Source: Phyllobates terribilis
Lineage: Eukaryota
Direction of reading: 5' to 3'
Assembly (NCBI RefSeq): GCF_046119375.1
Contig: NW_027362761.1
Span: 349,556,001-349,620,000 of the forward strand
Length of the DNA stretch: 64,000 nucleotides
In this document: positions 1 to 14,259 of the stretch, piece after piece
Layout: each line of letters starts with the position of its first letter
Numbering within the stretch: position 1 is the stretch's first letter
Program-made: the position numbers and the translations under genes
The notes under the pieces: model-generated
What the model was told of the DNA's origin: nothing
The model's database searches: none
The model's input: only the letters and a program-made list of their open reading frames with translations

Positions 1-1225
1 TATTTACCTAAATGAAGGATAAAGGATACAGCATCAGGATAAGGGATACAGGTGCCAAAAATAAGTTCATGGAAAATTTGCAATTCCCATTTAGGACGGA
101 GTTCAGGTATCACACTTTAAAGGAACAAGAGGAATACTTGCCAGCTCTCCTGAAACTCCCAAGAGACTATGAGAAATAGGGGAGGCTTCCAGTACTCCTA
201 GAAGTTGCACCAGAGCCCTACAAAAACCTCCTAGAAATCAGCAATTACAGAAGGCTTCTTGGGTCTCCAGTCACATAAAGGCGTGGACAGAGATGGTTAC
301 ATGGTTACAGCAGAAAGTTTCTGATCCTTCAGAAGCCTTATTACTAATGCTCTTCTGGTCATCATCCAGCAAAGTTGGCGAATATCGGTTAGAGGTATTA
401 TGACCAATAGATGTAATGAAAGGGGTTTTCCATGATAACATTTTTATTCTATCAGCTTATGAAGGTTAAAAATAACACAATTAGCTATACTCACCCATTG
501 ATGATCCAGCAATGTCTCTCTGCCACTACCCCAAGAGGTTGCAGCAATGACATAATAAGTGTACCACACAGCTTGTCAACTGAGACTGGGAGCAGCAACA
601 GGAAGACCTTACTGGAGCAACTATGGATGAGTATAGGTAATTTTATTTTTAGCCTCACTAACTCCATAAAAAAAATGGTAATTATGGAAAACTACTTTAA
701 GGAGATACCAGCATCCTGTATTCTCAGGTGTAATAAAGGGTGGTCAAGCACCTAAAATGTATTTTCTAAATATATACCCTTACACCCTAACTACTTTTGT
801 AATTTGCTTTATTATACCATACCCTACACCTTTACCTATCTAGCTAATCTCTAAATGTGCTTTTTTACTGAACCTCCTGTGATCTTTCGTTTGAGAAGAG
901 TCTCAAACGTGACATCACAGGAGACTGGGGCTGACCTCCCTCCCCACAGCGTCCACCGGCCCTCCTAGAACAGGACGTCACAGGTGGTAGAACTGCAGTT
1001 ACTCTTTATTGCCGCCACTTCTGAAGACATCCAGATACTGGAAGATGGAGGCTGTGGGAGATGTGAGTGCAGTGCCGGCTCTCTGCTTTTATATCCTCCA
1101 CCGCCAAAACTTCTGTGAAAGATGCTGTCAGGGGCGGAGATAGAAGCAATGAGGGACACCAATGCTGCCCCACAGCTTCTAGCACCACCCTCAAACTAAT
1201 TGTTACTCCAGTCTAGTGATAAGAA

Positions 1226-1525
1226 TAGTGTTGAGCGAGTATGTTCTATTAACCCTTTCGGCGAGTATGCTCGGGTCGAGCTCCGAGTATTTACAGCTGC
1301 TCGGTAAGATGTTTGAATCGCTCCCGTGTGCATGATTTGCAACTGTTTGACAGTTTTAGTACATGTAAGGAATGTATATTTCTTACACATTCCTCACATG
1401 TAATAAAGCTGTCAAACAGTTGCAAATCATGCACACGGGAGCGATTCAACCATATCACCGAGCAGCTATAAATACTCGGAGCTCGGCCCGAGCATACTCG
1501 GACAGAACATACTCGCTCAACCCTA
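1226..1525. mobile_element. Palindromic MITE
   Basis: Termini TAGTGTTGAGCGAGTATGTTCT and AGAACATACTCGCTCAACCCTA are near reverse complements. The interior is also a long imperfect palindrome. Confidence 0.75.
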
Positions 1526-2981
1526 TATAAGAAGCACCTAATTAAGAGATGTGCACGTCTTAATAATTTATTCGCATCTTACTCCTGCACACCCCTTTAT
1601 TTAGACTGGCATACAAAATGCAAGTCTTAATGAATCTGACCCATTGAGAAGAGAATATTATCAAATACCTACCCACATATTATCAAGTACATATAATACA
1701 GAATTTTAAGTACTATCAAGGACCTTCCCATGTAGATGTTTTACTTAATTACTAATTCAGACACGTTAACAGTAACAGGGCTTCCATTAGCAGACGTTTC
1801 ACAGTTTTCTACATATCTGTTAAATTATATTTTGAAAGCATTACTGTAGTTAATTAGCACTTCATTTCTTCCCTTTGTGTGATACATTTTTAATAATTCC
1901 AGATTAATTAAATTATGCAAATTGGAATAGCTTGAAAATCTTGTTAAGACTGACAAATACAGTAAGTAAGCTTAAAGTCATATATACAAATAATTAATTT
2001 TAAAATTAAAGTATGGATTAGGTGGGTGTAGTATAACGTATAGTTGCAATGACATAGTATGGCAAACATAGAGCGAGAGAGTGCTATAACAACTAGGTGA
2101 TAAAAATGGTGAGTCCTGCTGCCTAACAAGTAGATTTCCGGACTCATTTTTTTTGTTTGCAAAAAGCTGCAATTTGGTTGGTTGCGATAGGCACCACCTC
2201 CACTTCTACTTGCACTAGTTTTAGAAATTGCCCAGCTGGTACGATCTTTTAGTCATCTTAGATGATGATAATCTTGAGAATTTATTTGACATCAATAAAA
2301 TAGTTTCCAGGCTACTGCTGTGTCCAAAACCAAAATTGTGAAACAAATTATTTCAGTCCAAACATACCCACACAGTATGGTTTTAAAAATACCATATAAA
2401 GCGAGACTTTTTAACAACTAAATTCAAAGGACAACTGAACAGCACAGTATACTATGAATATTATATGTTTCTCAGTGTGCTGGCGAATAGTAAACCACTA
2501 TGTATGAAGATCACGACATAATATGCCTCTAAATTGTATTTAATTTCTTCAATGGACTAACCTATAAAATGTTTAAGAAGGTTGCCTAGGATTAGAGAAA
2601 TATACTGCTTTCTTCCAAAAAGTATTTTATTGTATTGCCGCTCAGCCTCATTCACTTCAATAGAACTGAGCTGTTATACCAGACACATGGCATGGAACAT
2701 TATAGAAAAAAACAACCATGCTTTTTTTATCCTAGAAAACCTTTTTGTAATGTCACAATTCCATAAGTAAAATTACTTTATAGAACCAATCATAATGTGT
2801 CAGAGTTTTAACCATCCAAAAACATGAGGATCCTTCAACATAATGATAATGGTTTCAATTTCTACATTATAGTTTATTTGTCATATACTTAAAGTGAACT
2901 TGTCAGTAGGATTTTATATCTCAAACTGATGGCATGTATGTAAAGGTGCCTAATGCTGCTTAAATCCTCATCTTTATAGGG

Positions 2982-3244
2982 AAAATCCATAGATGAAATA
3001 TATGCTAATGAGTTAAAAGTGCAGTGGGCGGGCGCTGCACTTACAGCTCTCCTTCCTGGCTCCTTATTCCCAGTCAGCTTCCTGCTCCTGTCTCTGACTG
3101 ACAGATCACTCATGTTACAGTGAACTGTCAGTCAGAGACAAGAGGCAGGCAGTGCGTGGGAAATAGAGATTCAGGAGCGCTGTAAGTGTAGCGCCCGTCC
3201 AATGCACTTATAACTCATTAGTATAGAATTTCAACTATGGATTT
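2982..3244. mobile_element. Palindromic MITE-like element
   Basis: AAATCCATAGATGAAAT..GCTAATGAGTTAAAAGTGCA is mirrored by TGCACTTTAACTCATTAGTA..ATTTCAACTATGGATTT. Confidence 0.65.
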
Positions 3245-3871
3245 CTCTAAAATAGCAAAACAGATTTCTACCGCTGAAGTAATGGTGGTCCAGGTCCTGG
3301 GGCCCCCATGATCAGTCAAACCACCACTCTGGAGTGCGCAGATGTTGCATGAGTCGCATGCACAAGTGGTATATTGGCAGAATAGTAATTGAAAGGGACC
3401 ATATATAGCCCTGAGAGTGAGTGTGCATACCTATAGACTTACTACAAACCCCTACACTGCTCCGTGAGTAGATCATGTAGAACGTGCAAACTCCAGGGTG
3501 GTGTTTAGACCAATTGGTAGGGATCTCAGAAACCAGACTCCGACCATTCAGCACCACATAGCAGCCCCTATAAGACATAAAACTTTTTTGCAATTGATAG
3601 TTACCATTAAAGACTGTGACTTACAGCCACATCTAAGGACTGGCAATCAGAAAAAAAGGAGACTGGCAACCCTGAAGAGAATAAAAATCATGATTTATGT
3701 TTATGCACTATATGCCACTCTTATATGGGCAATATATTATATCATATGAAAACTGTATGATTCTGTTATTAGGACGTTGTTGTAAGTTACTACTTGAGGC
3801 CTACTTGGTGGTATTTTAGAATTCTATGGCAACTATTGTTTTAATCACATGATGGTGTTATTTGGGTCTTG

Positions 3872-4746
3872 TGTAGGGGATCAGCCCTTACTGGACATTG
3901 AATACACTGTGACTTTAAGCCATCATGCTCCCCTCTGAGTCTTGTGTTTGGACTAGTCGCCTCCCCCTGTTGTGGTTGGTATGTGCTGAGAGAGCAAGAG
4001 AAGAACCAGGAAGTATACAACTTGTGTGTGGCTGTTTGTCTGAGGTAATGGGGAGACGCTGTCAGCTTCCCAGAGACTATAAAGAAGACACTGTTACTCT
4101 ATGGAAAGAGAAGATTACAGATTATAGCAAGTTTTGTTGTATAGGACTGTGTGAAGGAGTTGAAAATGTATCCTTTTCTTGAAGAACGTTTTCCCTGGAG
4201 ATTGAGGACTTGAGATAACACACAACACAGCATGTCAGCTATTTCTGTGAGAGTGAAACAAGGTTTGCCGGCCGGCTGGAAGAAAGAGATCCCGTATACA
4301 AGAAAAAGACTTAAGTGAATTCATCCAGCTCTTTCCCACCAGGAACAAGTGGTGGCCGCCATCTGCACCTGATCTGCACACGCGTGAGTGACCCATCGAT
4401 GTGAAATGTTAGGGTTTAGTGTAATTTTCTGTAGCTAAGACGCTATAGCATTACAGCCCGACTAGCGGAAAGCCAGATATGGGATTAGCTCAGAGTAGTT
4501 TGTGAAACTGGTTGGGCACTGTTTGTTCTTAGCTCTCATTGCCATAGCTGGAGCATAGTTTGTGACGTGCTCCAGCTATATCTTCCTATGTTCATGTTGG
4601 TAATATCATTATTGTAAATATTGTTATTTTCATCTCCCGGCATATAATTCCTTTGTACATAATAAAGCCGGAGTTTTGTTTCAGCCTTCTCGTCTGCTGT
4701 GTCGTACTTGAATCCTGCCTTGCGGTGTTCTTTGGACACCGCTACA
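3872..4746 (+). mobile_element. Solo LTR (Gypsy-type)
   Basis: Starts TGTAGGGG and ends CCGCTACA. Exact 4-bp target-site duplication CTTG (3868-3871, 4747-4750). AATAAA at 4661. Confidence 0.8.
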
Positions 4747-4780
4747 CTTGTACGCCACATTTATTTGGGCACTCTATTAA

Positions 4781-5515
4781 AAGGGTTGTCCAGAACTAGA
4801 GATGAGTGAACCCGAACTTAAAAGTTCAGGAATCGTACTGGACAGTTAGTGTCTGGTGCTAAACAACAAACACGGACTTCTCTCCTCGCAGGAGTTCATT
4901 GCAATAATTGGAGTTCTGGGGGATGTCCGGGAGAAGAGAGAGAGAAAATATTTTCCAGATCAAAAGTTCGGGTCCCCATTGTTTTCAATGAATTTTGGGT
5001 TCTAGTTGAAGTTTGGGTACAGTTCTTGTAGGTGAACCAAACTTTTGAATAAAGCTCAGATCTGATAACAAAACCCGAATTTCCATATTTTTTTACTATA
5101 GGCCTAAAATCTAACAGGTAGCTGGCTCAGAGCGCTCACCGAGCACTCCTGCCAGCGATTCTGCTGATCCACGTCAACAGAGCAGGTGCTCTTCTTCCAG
5201 GTTGCTCTGTTGACGGGACATGACTGCCAACATTATACTTATTGACAGCCGGCTCCCCACAGTTAGGCTGCGGGAAGCCGGCTATCAATCAGCATGACGT
5301 CAGTAGTGACGCCCTGTCAACAGAGCAGAGCAGTAGAGAAGCTGCTGCTCTGTTGACTTGACATCAGTGGAGGCCGCTGAACCGTCGGCAGGAGTGGTCT
5401 GTGACTGTTTTGTACAGGCAGAGATCGGCGAAGGGCACAACAGGCAGTTAGCAACTACCTGCCTGTTAGTGCTTAGGCATGTAGTAAAAAACTGTATAGT
5501 CCTGAATAACCACTT
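4781..5515. mobile_element. TTAA-flanked MITE with a nested second MITE fragment (~4797-5060) and two internal hairpins
   Basis: TTAA|AAGGGTTGTCCAG...CTGAATAACCACT|TTAA termini. GTCAACAGAGCA..TGCTCTGTTGAC hairpins near 5173-5213 and 5316-5359. Confidence 0.5.
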
Positions 5516-6587
5516 TAAACTGTTATTTGGACACTCTATTAAACTGTTCTTTGGAGTGCTGTTTAGCACCATTGTATGAGCGCTGCTTCTGATTCTTGCT
5601 TACTAAGATTTCTAATAATTAATTCAGACGTGTGGATTGGTGAGCTTAGTACAATGAATTACCATCTTTGATTCCTACAGGGAAATAACTTTAGCACATA
5701 CTGTCTAAAAATAAAATGTTCTGAAAATAATGTGTGCCTTGGCTTATTCTTCTCGTCAATAATGTATGTTTAAGAATCTTTGCATATGTGCTACCGTGCT
5801 AACATCTGTTCACCATAAACTATTAGTTTTTATTTTGTTTCCTGGGGGTTGCATTTCAGCCGACTGTAAAACCAACAGTAGAAAGGGATGTCACAGAACG
5901 CTGACGGAGTAAAAGATTCCCTACATCATTACAAATATGAGTTTGAAACCCTTTGTATATAAAATCTATACAAAACAGATTGCTGTGAGTTGCGATTTGA
6001 CAATATTCTGCAGCGCATTACTTGCCAAAAGGAAAAAAAAAAACATTTCTATTGTTAACATCATAAGTGCTTAGTGAACATACTGAACAGAATGAACGGG
6101 AGCTGACTGCACCTCTTTAAAAAAATGCACAGAATGCAACTTTATCATCACCGGCATTTACTGTGTAAATGAGACAGTCTACAGAATATAATTAGACTGC
6201 ATGATTTTTAGGTCAGTGTTTGGGAAGGGGTGATGCATCTGTGCATATATTTCACAACTTTCTACTTGTAAAAATCTTTGTGAAGTTTATTTATGCAAAG
6301 CAGAACAGAATAAAATAGAGGTGTCACCCATAATAATCAGTTCACTGCTTCCTAACCTCCATTAGACATATAAAAGGATCCCCTTATTAATTAGAGAATT
6401 ATGTTTCCACAATCATAATCTTGTGCAATTTACTCTTTGGAAAGAAGATCTGAAATTTCAGTGCATTGATTATGTCCATAGACAGAGACTTAACTACAAA
6501 AATCTGGGCCTTAAGGCCAACTTTTGAATGAGCTCCTCTCCCTTGTATAAAGGGGCCGTATTCTGCAAAAAGGAGGGAGGGGGAAAC

Positions 6588-8416
6588 TGTTTGGACGACC
6601 CGGGGATCGTGGTGGGTCATTTCTCCTGGACTGTCGAAGCTATGGTGAGTTGGCCACTGGGCCGTGATGTTTAATATGGACTCCCTGTGTTTGGATACCC
6701 AGAGCAGGATTAATTGGCCACCGGGCCTGTTATATTTTAAAATGGACACTTTGTGTCTGGGTCCCAGGAGCAAGGGGACCGGGATCAGACAGACCCACGT
6801 TTTAAGAAAAAGGAACTTGGACACTTAATGGGGGTCCCTACGGTGGAAGGACCAGGGTCGGACGGACCCGAGGAACAAAAACAGATACCTGTTAAAAGAG
6901 AACTGTGCCCTAAGACATTTGGGCAGTCATTAATGTATGGGCCAATGAGGCCAGAGAAGGACTCTAGTATAAGAGCATTATAACTGTATATGTTTACTAA
7001 ATGCATTAAAATAGTACTTGCATAAATATTTTATCAGTACCGTGTGGTTGGGGATGACCATGTTTTAGAAGGAAGGAATGTAAGGGTGTGTACATTGGCA
7101 ATTCATGCCCTTCATCCCTTGCTTCTGAAATAGGTAGGCTATTGCTGTAATGTGTACAAGGTTTCATGGTTATTAATGTTGTGAATGATTTTTGTATTTT
7201 ATTGACATTGACAGGCTATGATGTATGTATGTATGATGATGTATGTACAGTACAGACCAAAAGTTTGGACACACCTTCTCATTTAAAGATTTTTCTGTAT
7301 TTTCATGACTATGAAAATTGTACATTCACACTGAAGGCATCAAAACTATGAATTAACACTACCTCTTGAAGCTCAGCAAGAGAATGCCAAGAGTGTGCAA
7401 AGCAGTCATCAAAGCAAAAGGTGGCTACTTTGAAGAACCTAGAATATAAAACATATTTTCAGTTGTTTCACACTTTTTTGGTAAGTATATAATTCCACAT
7501 GTGTTAATTCATAGTTTTGATGCCTTCAGTGTGAATGTACAATTTTCATAGTCATGAAAATACAGAAAAATCTTTAAATGAGAAGGTGTGTCCAAACTTT
7601 TGGTCTGTACTGTATGTATGTATGTATGATGTATGTATGTATGTATGACTAGATAGGGACAGCGTAAGGATAAGTAGTTAATATATATGTATAGGATTAA
7701 TATTAGATATACGCTAAAACTTTAGTTAGTGCAGTTGTGGGCACAATAGAGATAGGAAGTGTAAAGTGAAAGTGACAGGTAATAGTTCTAAGAATAGCAC
7801 CAATGTGGGAGAGGCTTAGTTCATGTGTTAAGGGAATTTCCCAGTTGGGAGGAGCGTAGTTAAGATAAGGGAGAGAGCATTTCCTGGCAGAGTTCAGTTC
7901 AGTCAGAGGTTGTGAAGTGACTAGTGTGAGGTCCAAGTGGAGATGCTGTGGGCTACTAGGAACAGCATATGGTTGTCGAGCAAGGCAGTGTGAGGCCAAG
8001 CTGAGATCTATAACGGTTATTCCTATAACGGCTCGGGCCAGGTACAATGGAGCAGGCCTGGTCTTCTGACATCTCGAGATCGGTGGACGTGGAATTACTT
8101 GGGGTACAGATGGCCGGTCCAGGTGCACTTCCAGAAAGGACAGCGAATCCCTGAGGCTGATATAGTCAGCTGGCTTGGGGTTAGTCCAGAATGAGCATGT
8201 GACAGAACAGAGGAGCTAAGGAGGAAGGAACTGTGTATTGCTGTGTCCTATTCCACCTCTACTTACCTAATGAACTTGGACTGTTTAGTAACAGTTTGAA
8301 TGTTGCAAGAAAACTGGTGTCCCATGAATTGTTTGCGGCGTCTCCTGCGGACTGAAGCCTGAAGAAAACAGAGACATGCAGCCCACAAGTGAGTGTGATG
8401 AACCCCACACTCTACA
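6588..8416 (+). mobile_element. Possible 3' LTR of a truncated LTR element, interrupted by a Tc1 derivative
   Basis: A purine run AAAAAGGAGGGAGGGGGAAAC (PPT-like) precedes TGT at 6588, and the segment ends CCACACTCTACA at 8416. No TSD found. Confidence 0.35.
7248..7612. mobile_element. Internally deleted Tc1-like element, same family as 27303-28920
   Basis: TA|CAGTACAGACCAAAAG...CTTTTGGTCTGTACTG|TA. Retains only TIR sequence, including the ..RMPRVCKAVIKAKGGYFEEPRI* coding stretch. Sits in a (TATG)n tract. Confidence 0.9.
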
Positions 8417-8515
8417 GCACACTAGAACTAGGACATCCTCTGTCTGTAAAGTGCCATAGCGCAACTGGACAGCAGCTCGATTGCGATTATCTCTCTGTCG
8501 CACTTTACATTTACA

Positions 8516-8995
8516 ATCTGATGTTTTATTCTAGAGAAATCTATGTTTTTATTATATGTAAATGAGCGGTTCCGGGTTATAGGCCGACACTGATCTGCTC
8601 GAGATACTGCCTCCAGAGATTATTTCTAATAAAATGGAGTGTTACAGTTGTGAGACATGCAACTAACACAGAACAGTAGAACTGAACCTTGTCTTATAAC
8701 AAACATATTTGCTGCAGCTCTGACAGCTCTGCTGTATTGCAACTCTGCCTGCCTGAGAGATGGAAGCTGAAGCTGAGAGGAACCTGCTGATGGGTCAGTT
8801 ATAATAACACACAGCTCTGCAGTGAGATCAGGAGAGCAGAGCGCTGCCATTACATATCACATTGGTAACGTCCCTGTTATTTAAAACAAGCTCTGGAGGC
8901 AGATTCTCATGCAGATCAGTGTTCAGCCCATAGATCTTAACAGCTCATTTACATATAAGAAAAACATGGATTTTGCTGGAATTAGACATCGGATC
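8516..8995. mobile_element. Palindromic MITE
   Basis: GAAATCTATGTTTTTATTATATGTAAATGAGC is mirrored by GCTCATTTACATATAAGAAAAACATGGATTT. Confidence 0.55.
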
Positions 8996-10910
8996 GCAGA
9001 TATCAAGGTATTATTTTATTCAGCTTCCTATGACCTACATGCCCATGTAGACAGCTTAGGAAGGTTGTTCCTACTGACAGATTCCCTTTAATCCTATTAT
9101 CTAATTAGATGCTCAGTGCACTCTTGGTGTGGCTGAGCTTTTATGTAATTGTACTGTTTCTGTTACTGGTGGCTACTGTCTCATACACTGCTTTAGTATT
9201 GGTGTGACTATTGTGTGCTTTGCATCCCCTCGAGATGGCCTCTACACAACACAAGGGTGCTGTGCTGCACACCCCTTTCTCTTACAGGCACTGGTCAATA
9301 TCCTGATGCTCCTTTTAGCCCATGGGCCCCATAGTAACAGCAATGACTGCTGAATTGGTAGCTCTGCCATTGCTTTTTTGTATGATCTGCATACTGCAAA
9401 GCAAATGACACTACTGAAAATGATCAGATTGATTGGCAGCTTCAACTTTTAGTAAGTGGCCATTTGTAAAGGTGATTGCTATACACTCAGGCGAGATAAC
9501 GAAGAGAAATGTACCCTGAGAAAAAGGTTATGTCTGTAGAGAAAATATATCATATGTTCATCACAAATATGAATGCAATGCATTATAACTCTCCATCCAG
9601 CAAGGGCATAACGTTTGGAGGTACAGAAGTAGAAGTACCCGACCCCTCTGTCACATATGAAGGCTGGTATCATCAATGTGGGGCGGCCCCTAGTGATTTT
9701 GTGCTTGAGCTATAGACTCTCTTATGTCACTTCTGCTCCCCAGTATTAAAAGAAAGACACAAAATTGATTTCAATAGCATAAGCATGGCACAGGAAAAAT
9801 ATATAACATAATGTAGGTTCCTATAGGCTATGATCATTGAAGAAGATATCAATACATAGTGCAAATTTTCTATCTGATCGAGTGATGGGGCTAATTACTG
9901 GGCCATAAAGAGAGCTGCTTCTGATGAAGAAAACTGCCTATTTGCGCAAAAATGGATATACTGTAAAACATGTAACACAACTTCCAGTGGTTTAATTGAC
10001 AAAAAAGTAAAGGGTTATTATCCTGTTACTCAGCAGACACCATCAAAAGTTTCAGGGCAGGCTGATATCCCCTCTGTATGCCTGCCTGTGGGATCTTATG
10101 AACCACAAATGAGCCCCGTTACGACATAAGCTACTAATGTTCAATACAATGAACTTTATGATGACTTTTTTTTGTAACAGATATTAGACATTAAATATAA
10201 AATTCCCAGGGCAGATGCACACTGTATTCTTTATCTGACAGAAGCAGTAATTTTAATGGGGAGGTTAGCCATTACTGCAGCACTGCCAAGTCCTACATCC
10301 GAGTGCTTATGTGATTTCAAAGCAATCACTTAATGGCATAAAGGGTGTTATATAAGGTTCATCATCAAAATTCTACAGACAACCAGAGCAGTAGATTCTA
10401 CTCATTAAGGAAAGATTGGAAAAAAAACTAAAAAAGTAGACACCATAATCTAGAGAAAGAAGTACCGTAATAGCCAAAAAGACTGATACATAATAAACAT
10501 AGTTTATAGTTACCTTTAGATAAATTAATTCATGCATTGGTTATTGCACCCAGTTGCACTTACAGTTCCATAAATGCATACTGTGTTATTATATACAATG
10601 CGAAATTGCCAAACTAATATATCTTTTGGCGTTTTGGGGAGGTAACAGAACCAGAAGGAAAGAAAAATAACACATTTATGGTAAGTATTGCTCTGTAACT
10701 GGGATTCTAAGGTCTAGAGAAGGTAAACTGTCAGAAAATGGAGCAGCTTCATGGAACAATGTGTTTGCATAGGTGTTTTACATAATCCCTTGACAGAACA
10801 AAATCTAAGTACTTGTATCAAAAAGACTCAAACAGAATGTAACTATTGTATAACTATGATAATGTCACTGTAGTCATTGCATCAGTAACCAGCAGAGAAT
10901 TCACACATGC

Positions 10911-11052
10911 CTCAGACATGTAGGTCTCAACAAAAACCATTTCATTATTATGAAATACATTATTTTCAGATTTTTAGAAATGGTATGAGTTAGAAAAAGA
11001 ACTGAAGTAATGTCCTTGAATTCCAATAAATAGAAATTTGTTTTCCTTTAAT
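10911..11052 (-). pseudogene. Duplicated exon-like segment, copy A (possibly the Ig region of a semaphorin-like pseudogene)
   Basis: 142 nt between TTTAG| and |GCATGT. 125/142 identical to 13569-13710. Confidence 0.35.
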
Positions 11053-11365
11053 CTAAAGAACTTTGAAATTCTTCTCTGCATTAAAGGCAAAACATTTAAT
11101 GGATCTCTTACCTATTGAAAAAAATACACATAAGACAGATACATTCAAGAGTCCAAGTATAAAACCTGACCCAATGTGCGTTTCACCAATGGCTTCATCT
11201 GGGGTTGGTGAAATGCATGTGGGTTGTCGTAAGTGCATTGGTGGTTTTATACTTGAATTCTCATTTCTAGGTGTTTTGTACTGACATTTTTAAATTGTTA
11301 TTGTCTATATACAAATAATGAATATATTTCTAATTACTCTAGGGTTGCACTCTTTAAGGAACAAT

Positions 11366-11686
11366 GGCCCCAATTAATAAAGATAAGCATTTTTCGTGAC
11401 GGTCTTGATGAGTAGGTGAGCTGGAGTCAGACCCACCTAATTCATTAAGAATGCCTCTTAATGAATCTATCATGTATGGCAAGTGATTTGCGCCTCAAAC
11501 ACTGGAGTAAGATTTGTTTCATGAGGAATGAAGCTGCTCATCCACTTTATCGGAGCTGGGCAAAAATCGAGAGAGAATGCCAAAAGTTGCAAAATTTAAG
11601 TATAGCCCCGCATTGTGCCAAAATGTTACGATTTTCATAGCTTTTTCACCAGAATTCTGCCATAAAAGCTTTGATTAATCGGGCCC
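11366..11686. mobile_element. MITE
   Basis: GGCCCCAATTAATAAAG ... CTTTGATTAATCGGGCC imperfect terminal inverted repeats. Confidence 0.55.
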
Positions 11687-11947
11687 AATGTGTTTGTATA
11701 CTTTTAAATCAATGTAATGTGTCCATCTAAATAATGATCAACTGCCATATCAGATTTAACTTTGAAATGTATGAAAACATCTAAATGTTTGGACCAAAAA
11801 ATCTATATGGTCAGTCAAGCAAAGTGAATAATCAAATTAATTTGAAAAAACAACAATATTTATTATTGTCTCAAAGTATTCAGAATATAATATACAAAAG
11901 TTAAGAACAAAGATGCCTCACAACTTGAGGGACACATAAAATGGACC

Positions 11948-12630
11948 TGTCACAGCATTGTTGTAGGATATCCCAGGGGCTTCTTCCCTATCCCTACAGC
12001 TAGGGGCGCCCTAGCTAACTTTGCTCTCCGGATTACTTCTGATGGTGAAGACGCCGGTGCCACGTGCCTTGATGAGCTCCTATATCACCCCTTATTTGTC
12101 CCTTCCCCCACTCAGGCAAATGGGGAGTTGTAATGTATAAGAGTACACAAACCATACTAACAAGGGAAGACGTACAGGGATAAATGAAAATACCAATCAT
12201 ACAAATATGCACTCACAAACAACAGAGTGGAACACCGAGAAGTAAAAGAAGGAAAAACAAAATAGGAGAGGATGAAGATATGCACAAAGACAAATCACCA
12301 AGCAACAGTCTTTAGAACAACACTCCAAACGCCTCCTCAAACAACCAACACCTCCAACTCCAGAACCAGGCAGTATGAAACTAACACCGGAAATCCCTGA
12401 TTGCCAGAGGTGAGTACATATAGCAGAAGGGAGTGGCCAACACTGAACAACTGAGACCATCAAAGCAGGAAAGCTCCACAAGCTCTTAACTGAACAGATT
12501 AACCCGTGCACTGCTATCAGAAAGCGGCACTGTTTAATATGATGGTGAAGTGCTTCTAAGTAGTGCAGGAGTACGTGAAATCAGACACGGCGGTCTTCTG
12601 GCCCCTCTCTGTTGTGGTAAACCCGTGATA
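11948..12630 (-). mobile_element. Solo LTR
   Basis: TGTCACA...CCGTGATA (decayed TGTCAC/GTGACA ends). 5-bp flanks GGACC/GAACC with one mismatch. Same end type as 51865-52490. Confidence 0.55.
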
Positions 12631-12777
12631 GAACCTGTACATAATACATGTGTGAACTTGGTTGCAGTGTCATAATCCCAGTAAAGTGCTAATGATTATC
12701 AAAAGAAATTAGATGACACCAGTGTTAATTCGAAAATGTGTAAGGAGAAATAGTTATGCTAATGAGAACATTAGTCC

Positions 12778-12929
12778 AATCTAATAGTTGGTCTTTACCT
12801 AGGTTACAGGTGCATGTCAGGTCCCGTGTCACTCCACCCTGATGCACGTTTCATCCTGCTTTCTAAGGGGACGTGACACGGGACCTGACATACACTTGTG
12901 ACCTAGGTAAAGAGCTACTAATAGATTAT
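12778..12929. repeat. Short palindromic MITE
   Basis: CTTTACCTAGGTTACAGGTGCATGTCAGGTCCCGTGTCAC is mirrored by GTGACACGGGACCTGACATACACTTGTGACCTAGGTAAAG. Confidence 0.7.
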
Positions 12930-13568
12930 ACTGTACTGTACATTTTCGAATGATTTTGAATATTCCCTTTGCTTGCCTGGCCATTTAGATTTTTTGGTCC
13001 AGACATTTAGGTGTTTGTAAAAGTGTTTTGAGTAATTTCTCTTATTTGTCTTGCGGTATTGTAATTTTTTGGTTCTTCAAAATGGCGCAAGCAGTTCTTG
13101 AATTTTTATCAAAGGCAAAATTGGTCTTTATTTTTGTCTTTAACCCTTTTTGCAACATTTTAGCGTGAAAAGTCACACGGTGCAAAATTGCACCAAAATA
13201 TCTAGCACACATAAAATATCTTCAGGTGGGGGATCAGGATACATTTGTGACTTACTACTTTTCGAAAAGCTGCAAACGATGACTCAAATGAAAACATCTG
13301 GAAATCTCAAACTATTCAGACAATGATGAACATATAAAAGAACATGCAAACTCATTCAAAATAAACTTTAAAAAAGGTGCAAATTAAAAGAAGAATTAAC
13401 CACAAATGAAAAACAGGCAAAAAATAATAACTAATAAAAGGCGCAACTGCAATGTTGAATCGACCCCTAATTATATCTAAAAGACTCAAACAGAATATGA
13501 CATTTGTATAACTATGATAATGTGACTGTAGTCACTGCACTGGTAACCAGCAGAGAATTCACACATAC

Positions 13569-13710
13569 CTCAAACATGTAGGTCTCAGCAGAAACCATTT
13601 CATTATTATGAAAGCCATTATTTTCAGATTTTTAGAGACAGTATGAGTTAGGAAAAGAACTGAAGTGATATCCTTGAATGCCATTGAATAGCATTTTGTT
13701 TTTCTTTAAT
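13569..13710 (-). pseudogene. Duplicated exon-like segment, copy B
   Basis: 142 nt between CTCTTTAG| and |GTATGT. Paralogous to 10911-11052. Confidence 0.4.
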
Positions 13711-13897
13711 CTAAAGAGGTTTGAAATTCTTTTCTAAGTTAAAGGCAACACATGAATTTATCAATTCAGGCTGTATCCAGACTATGTGGGAGATTTTTAA
13801 GCCAAATACACTAGAATTCTACTGGAATCTGATGACTTACACTGTATTTATTATGCGTCCTAGACTTGGCCTCGTTGGAGGGAGGCATGATCTAGAG

Positions 13898-14259
13898 CAG
13901 GGAAATCAAACTCAAACACACAGAGGGCCAAAATTAAAAACTTGGACAAAGTTGCGGGCCAACCAGTATACAGTATAATGGGCCCCACATAGTCCTCCAT
14001 ACAGTATACAGTGCCCCACATAGTCCCCCATACAGTATTATGGGCACCACATATTCCTCCATACATAATAATGGCCCAGCGTAGTCCTCCGTACAGAATA
14101 ATGGGCCCCACATAGTCCTCCATACAGAATAATGGTCTTCACATAGTCCTCCATACAGAATAATAACCCCACATAGGGGTGGTGGTTCTGGAGTCGTGGG
14201 CCAAATAAAACCACCCTGCGGGCCAGATTTGGCCCATGGGCCAGAGTCTGACATGTGTG
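13898..14259. mobile_element. Non-autonomous hAT (Charlie-like) element carrying a ~32-bp minisatellite
   Basis: Exact 8-bp TSD ATCTAGAG (13890-13897, 14260-14267), matching the NTCTAGAN target preference. CAGGG..AAAC / GACATGTGTG ends. Internal ACAGTATAATGGGCCCCACATAGTCCTCCAT repeats. Confidence 0.85.

Noticed and set aside
6399-6824. 141-aa ORF
   Set aside because: No recognisable homology, and it overlaps probable LTR sequence.
11178-11216. Hammerhead-like motif (also 16858-16897)
   Set aside because: The core reads CAGATGA rather than CTGANGA and stem II is mispaired. Used only as a shared marker of the duplication.
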